Source: a virus (Duplodnaviria; Heunggongvirae; Uroviricota; Caudoviricetes). Taken from it: 7,887 nt of DNA. The notes under the pieces are model-generated. The model made no database searches. It was not told where the DNA came from and saw only the letters and a program-made list of their open reading frames with translations. Positions within the stretch are counted from its first letter, which is position 1, and each line of letters opens with the position of its first letter. Shown here one piece after another: positions 5,568 through 7,887 of this stretch. Where the stretch lies: positions 1-7,887 of the IMG/VR virus record IMGVR_UViG_2695420565_000011. One strand, 5' to 3'. Made by a program: the position numbers and the translations under genes.

Positions 5568-6308
5568 TCACATACCCTGACGTCCAACGTTTGACCGCCA
5601 GCTCTCCCAGTTAAAATTCACCCAACGACCACCATTCATGGTCATACGGTCCATCACCCGATCTCCGAGGAGTGTGCTCATCGCTGCGTGATTCAGGTTC
5701 GTCAGCATTCCGACACTACGCATCGAAGCCGTTCTGCGGTCGACTATCTGGTTCAGCGTGACCTGCTCGTTGCGCGTATCCCGCTGCATGCCAATTTCAT
5801 CAAGGACCAGAAGGTCAACTCCACAAAGCTCCTGTAAAAATTTTTCCCCGGACTGGCCGTTGTCGTAGCCGTCATGCAACACGCTCATGACATCGGACAC
5901 GGTGACGATAATCACGCTTCTCCCCTTCGCCATCAGCCGATTGCCAATCGCTGCTGCCAGGTGATTTTTACCGGTACCAGGTTTACCGCTGAACACGAAG
6001 TTTGTACATCCGGTCATCAATTCATCGGCAATGGATTTCGCCTGGCTCAGAGCATGGCGCTGACCGTCGTTCTGCACCCGGTAGTTCCCGAATGAGCACT
6101 TCCTGTGAAGCGGCTGGATGCCCGCACGGTTCAGGATTTTTTCAACCCGCACCTGATGATTCAGGCGGTTAATCTCCTCGCTGCGTTTTCGTCCTTCAGC
6201 AAGTTGCCATTCCCGCCACTCCTCCACCGTCCGGTACGGTGGAACCGCCCCCTGTGGTGCAAGTCTGCGAATACGTTCAAGAACCCCAACTGCCGCAATG
6301 TTTTTCAT
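5568..6308 (-). CDS. DnaC/IstB-like AAA+ helicase loader (functional analog of lambda P; YdaV-like)
   Basis: Walker A GKPGTGKNHLAAAIG and Walker B LLVLDEIG. The start lies 6 nt after the initiator gene stop. Size is 246 aa. Confidence 0.85.
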   Translation of the reverse strand: MKNIAAVGVLERIRRLAPQGAVPPYRTVEEWREWQLAEGRKRSEEINRLNHQVRVEKILNRAGIQPLHRKCSFGNYRVQNDGQRHALSQAKSIADELMTGCTNFVFSGKPGTGKNHLAAAIGNRLMAKGRSVIIVTVSDVMSVLHDGYDNGQSGEKFLQELCGVDLLVLDEIGMQRDTRNEQVTLNQIVDRRTASMRSVGMLTNLNHAAMSTLLGDRVMDRMTMNGGRWVNFNWESWRSNVGRQGM

Positions 6309-6314
6309 GACACG

Positions 6315-7277
6315 TCACCCCCTGAATCCCGGCGGTATTTCAGTGTCCGGTTCAGAAATGTGATTCACGCAACGCTGCGCAGGCGAACGCCCCAGGCGGA
6401 TAACCAGTTCATCCCATTTTTCCCGGAGTTTTGCCGGACTCATGATGTTTTTTACCCAGAACGAATCCCGCTGGAGACGCCCAAACATTTCACAAATTTG
6501 TCTGTGAGTTCTGCCATCCAGCATCCGCATTGTGCGAACGTCATTGGCCCATGCTGTCCAGTTGGGTTCTTTCGGTCTAGTGATCTCGCCATCATCGCTG
6601 GCCGCCTGCTCGTAAAGACTCACGATTCGTCCCCAGATCCACTGTGCGCACACCAAATCTTCCTGACTTCCCCACTGGCGTTTTTTCGCACTGAACACAA
6701 CCGCGTCAGGGTGTCGGGTTAAAAAATCCTGTTCAGCCGTCTGCGGGTCCGGTTGCGAAGCGTCCGGACAAGAAGATCTTTTATCTGACGGATCAGGTTT
6801 TAATACTGACGGATCGGGGTCAATCATCGCCCCCCTAATCGGCAGTTTTTTATCAACAGTTGATCCATCAAAATTTGACGGGTCAACCGTTGAGGGGTCA
6901 ATATTTGACGGGTCAACTGTTAACGGGTCATTTTTTGCCGGGCTAATTTTTCTTTTCGGTTTATATGACTCACGCGCCGCCGCCGCAGCTGCTTCGAGTT
7001 TTTCCACATTAAGCCGATAGATATTGCTTACATTACGCCCACCGACCTTACGCTCTTCCTTCGTCAGCCAGCCCTCTTTCGCCAGTTCTGCAATAGCCGA
7101 TTTCACTGTGGATTCACTTCTTGCACCGATCTGACGCCGGATAGTTTCAATGGCAGGCCATGACACGCCCTCGTCATTGCTGTAGTCTGCAAGACGGGCC
7201 ATAACCGCCACCCTGGATAAGATCATGCCGGTGAAGGCGCACCCTTCCCAGACAAGACCATGAAGCTTGCTGCTCAT
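6315..7277 (-). CDS. Replication initiator (lambda O analog; YdaU-type placement)
   Basis: N-terminal helix-turn-helix-like domain, then a linker whose DNA encodes the iteron array (protein repeats DPSNIDPSTVDPSNFDGSTVD), then a C-terminal domain. Start set to ATG 7277 (GGGGG upstream) rather than the track GTG at 7292. Confidence 0.7.
   Translation of the reverse strand: MSSKLHGLVWEGCAFTGMILSRVAVMARLADYSNDEGVSWPAIETIRRQIGARSESTVKSAIAELAKEGWLTKEERKVGGRNVSNIYRLNVEKLEAAAAAARESYKPKRKISPAKNDPLTVDPSNIDPSTVDPSNFDGSTVDKKLPIRGAMIDPDPSVLKPDPSDKRSSCPDASQPDPQTAEQDFLTRHPDAVVFSAKKRQWGSQEDLVCAQWIWGRIVSLYEQAASDDGEITRPKEPNWTAWANDVRTMRMLDGRTHRQICEMFGRLQRDSFWVKNIMSPAKLREKWDELVIRLGRSPAQRCVNHISEPDTEIPPGFRG
6875..6934. 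repeat. Candidate replication origin: four 15-bp direct iterons (TTGACGGGTCAAYNN), each with internal dyad TTGAC-GG-GTCAA
   Basis: GGGTCA recurs at 6880, 6895, 6910 and 6925, an exact 15-bp period. Degenerate copies TGACGGATC lie at 6786 and 6807. AT-rich stretches flank the array (6842-6874 and 6931-6965). The array sits inside the initiator coding sequence, as in lambda ori. Confidence 0.6.
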
Positions 7278-7299
7278 AAAACCCCCGAACACCGTGCTT

Positions 7300-7725
7300 T
7301 TAGTGCATCACCACAGCATTCCCTGCCGGGCCGCCGCGATTCATCTGGTCATACAAAACAACCGCTGACGCAACAAAATCATCGACATCCTTCACCAGCC
7401 GATCCCTCCGTTCGACGATCTCACGGTAATATTCAGAACTGTGGCTGCGCATACGGGCCACCAGCAAAGGCGGCATCGCCTTTTCGATCGCCGGTAACAG
7501 AGCCTGCATTTTTTCAACAGCATCAGGGGTGTCTTTATCCAGCCAACGGAAAATTTTCTGGGTATTACGGGCCAGGGCTTCCGGATGGCTGTCGTCGTAC
7601 AGTTCAGGGAACGTCATCCCCAGTTCGAAATAAGTCCGGGCTATTTCAGCTGCAGGAACTTTCTCACCATCAGGGTATGCCCAGGCATTCATCGCCATGC
7701 GGATGTGCTCATGTTTGATTTTCAT
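7300..7725 (-). CDS. ydaT: YdaT-like protein (CII-analog regulator/toxin family of Rac-type prophages), 141 aa
   Basis: Length and the N-terminal MKIKHEHI match my recollection of Rac YdaT. It sits immediately upstream of the replication initiator, as ydaT does before ydaU. Confidence 0.6.
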   Translation of the reverse strand: MKIKHEHIRMAMNAWAYPDGEKVPAAEIARTYFELGMTFPELYDDSHPEALARNTQKIFRWLDKDTPDAVEKMQALLPAIEKAMPPLLVARMRSHSSEYYREIVERRDRLVKDVDDFVASAVVLYDQMNRGGPAGNAVVMH

Positions 7726-7799
7726 GAATCATTTGCCTCTTGATGCTTCGGGTATGATCGTTTTCGTCATTTGGTTGCTTCATCGACATATTCTGCGAA
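7709..7799 (-). pseudogene. 3' remnant of a cro/ydaS-like gene truncated by the IS insertion
   Basis: An open frame runs from the IS boundary (7799) to a TGA at 7709-7711, encoding ...SQNMSMKQPNDENDHTRSIKRQMIHENQT and overlapping the ydaT-like start by 17 nt. No start codon or N-terminal helix-turn-helix remains in the window. Confidence 0.3.
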
Positions 7800-7887
7800 T
7801 GAACCGCCCCGGGAATCCTGGAGACTAAACTTCCTGAGAAAGAGGTAAACAGGATGACTAAAAATACTCGTTTTTCCCCTGAAGTCC
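7800..7887 (+). mobile_element. Left end of an IS3-family insertion sequence (IS629/IS1203-like), truncated by the window edge
   Basis: Begins TGAACCGCCCCGGGAATCC (IS3-family ends start with TG). An orfA-like start at 7854 encodes MTKNTRFSPEV, matching the IS629 OrfA N-terminus from memory. Only 11 codons are visible. Confidence 0.55.

Noticed and set aside
6105-6722. Plus-strand ORF of 205 aa, and likewise 7260..7718, 2527..2913, 5874..6095, 4584..4877, 4736..4966, 1671..1910, 1005..1218, 447..674
   Set aside because: All lie antisense to well-supported minus-strand genes, lack ribosome-binding sites and have low-complexity or biased composition. They are treated as shadow ORFs.
1-7887. CRISPR array, integrase or attachment site, Shiga toxin genes
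   Set aside because: No spacer-repeat periodicity, no recombinase-like ORF and no stx-like reading frame occur in the window; stx, if present, would lie beyond the low-coordinate edge.

Overview
The window reads as the rightward (early-to-late) operon of a lambdoid, Rac/Qin-like enterobacterial prophage, with essentially every supported gene on the minus strand. In transcription order (high to low coordinates) it holds: the first 88 nt of an IS3-family (IS629-like) element abutting a truncated cro/ydaS-like remnant; a ydaT-like (CII-analog) gene; a replication initiator with a 4 x 15-bp iteron origin inside its own coding sequence; a DnaC-like helicase loader; three uncharacterised genes; an unannotated 34-aa membrane peptide ORF beside a perfect 20-bp palindrome; a self-contained hokD-like type I toxin unit with its own terminator; a rem-like ORF; a DUF968/YdfU-like protein; RusA; a Q-like antiterminator whose 3' end overlaps a late-promoter-like element; a short leader and terminator; three tRNAs (Ile-CAU, an atypical tRNA, Arg-UCU); a second terminator; and an odd poly-C tract at the window edge. 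No single named novel system can be asserted from sequence alone. The best candidates for undescribed biology are the stand-alone hok unit (no relBE, no recognisable mok/sok), the small peptide plus palindrome, and the three-gene cassette between replication and hok. All family assignments are from reading the translations and recalled knowledge, not from any search.
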